DNA from: Azolla caroliniana
Taxonomy: Eukaryota; Plantae; Polypodiophyta
Direction of reading: 5' to 3'
Assembly (NCBI GenBank): GCA_043228905.1
Contig: JBHGNT010000002.1
Span: 8,494,001 to 8,558,000, forward strand
DNA: 64,000 nucleotides
The position numbers and the translations under genes were made by a program. Shown here piece after piece: positions 62,875 through 64,000 of the stretch. The notes under the pieces were generated by a model that was not told the origin of the DNA, did not search any database, and saw only the letters and a program-made list of their open reading frames with translations. Numbering within the stretch: position 1 is the first letter of the stretch; the number at the start of each line of letters is the position of its first letter.

Positions 62875-64000
62875 TGACGATTGTGCATTATTAGATATTT
62901 TGTTGAGTCGATAGATATATTTGATTTTGTGGATATTTTTGGAATTACACTTTTTGTAGACGGATCAAAATTAACATGCAATTATTACATTTCGATAATT
63001 AATTTTGGTTTGCGAGTATTTTTTAATTTGATAAGATTGGGAAGATTTAGTTGTGATTGCATTTTGCTAACAAAATTTAGTGTATATCATGAAATTTGGT
63101 TTAAGATGGCATTTTAATAGCAAAGTGTTCTGTGAGATTTTGTTTGAAATGACATTATGGTAGCAAAGTTTTTTGTGAGATTTGGTTTAACATTTTGGCA
63201 GCAAATTATTTGTGAATCCACAAATTCATGGAATTTGGCTTCAAAATGGCATCGCAATGGTAAAATTTGGTGTGTGATCAATTGTTTTGGTTTTAAGATT
63301 ACATTTTGGTCACTTCAATCACAAATTTGGGTTTTATGGGATTAAGCCAGTATAACTTGGTGTTTAGTTTAAGGCGACCTTTCAATTGAAAATTTTGATA
63401 TATAATATAATTTTGATAATTTAGTTTGATTTATGATGTATTTTGAAAAATAAAACTGGAATAAATTGGTCAAAATAGGTATACAGTGGCATTATGGTAA
63501 ATAAGTTTAAGTTTAAGGGTATTTTGGTAAATAGGGCTTGTAGATTTGAGTGTATAATTACTTTATAAAGTGTATTTTCTTGGAGATAGGGGTAGTTTGG
63601 TAAATTTGGAACTTCCAGGGGCATTCTGGTAAATAGACAAACTTCCAGGGGTATCCTGGTCCTTTTCCTTAGAAATATTCATAAATTATCTGTGGTCTTT
63701 GATACATGATATAATGGATTTTTCAAATGTATTGTATATAATTGTCTATCTACTTTAATGGAACTTGAAAAAATGAAATGAACGTTGGGTTTACTTTCCA
63801 TCTTTAATTTTTTTGAACCTTAGGTGTAAATGTAAACATTGTAATTTATAACGAATAAATTTTGTATAGAGAGATATTTAAATAATAAAAATATTCCATC
63901 AGGATATGAAGTCTACAATTGTTGTGTATGCTTACTAAAGTTTTGTGTTTGGGAAAGAAGTTGAAAGATTATTGAGGGTTCAAGAGAATACTACGAGAGA

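Larger units (their letters stand above)
59650..63669 (+). mobile_element. Mutator-like element with decayed transposase and captured PPR fragment
   Basis: TIRs of about 150 bp; perfect 9-bp TSD TAGAAATAT (59641-59649 and 63670-63678). Confidence 0.95.

Overview
This is eukaryotic, repeat-dense DNA from a land plant, probably seed-free such as a fern (inferred from the PPR fragment and the TE families). No intact host gene is evident; the window is almost entirely nested transposons, most with readable termini and target-site duplications (TSDs). Nest 1: old Copia remnant <- Copia-1 (1852-23735) <- deleted Ty3/Gypsy-1 (5191-22037, TSD ACATT) <- a 10.7-kb DNA transposon (9967-20691). The DNA transposon has 25-bp TIRs, a 4-bp AAAG TSD and an intact two-exon Sola2-type transposase. 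It also carries a convergent multi-exon accessory gene encoding a RING-H2-like finger and an FCP1/NIF-type phosphatase domain with altered catalytic residues. The largest shared intron of each gene is an array of the palindrome TAGCTAATTAGCTA. This element is the best candidate for an undescribed system. Nest 2: Copia-2 (25370-47625, TSD CATTT) hosts a solo LTR containing Gypsy-2 (25563-31311), which ends in an inverted copy of its own LTR start instead of a 3' LTR. Copia-2 also hosts Copia-3, which hosts Gypsy-3 (38510-45587; tRNA-Trp PBS, -1 frameshift signal, 4-bp TSD). Further right are two solo LTRs, a hAT-like MITE, a deleted MULE hosting short-LTR Gypsy-4, and a MULE carrying a decayed transposase plus a captured PPR gene fragment. 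Family assignments come from motif recognition by eye; no database searches were run.
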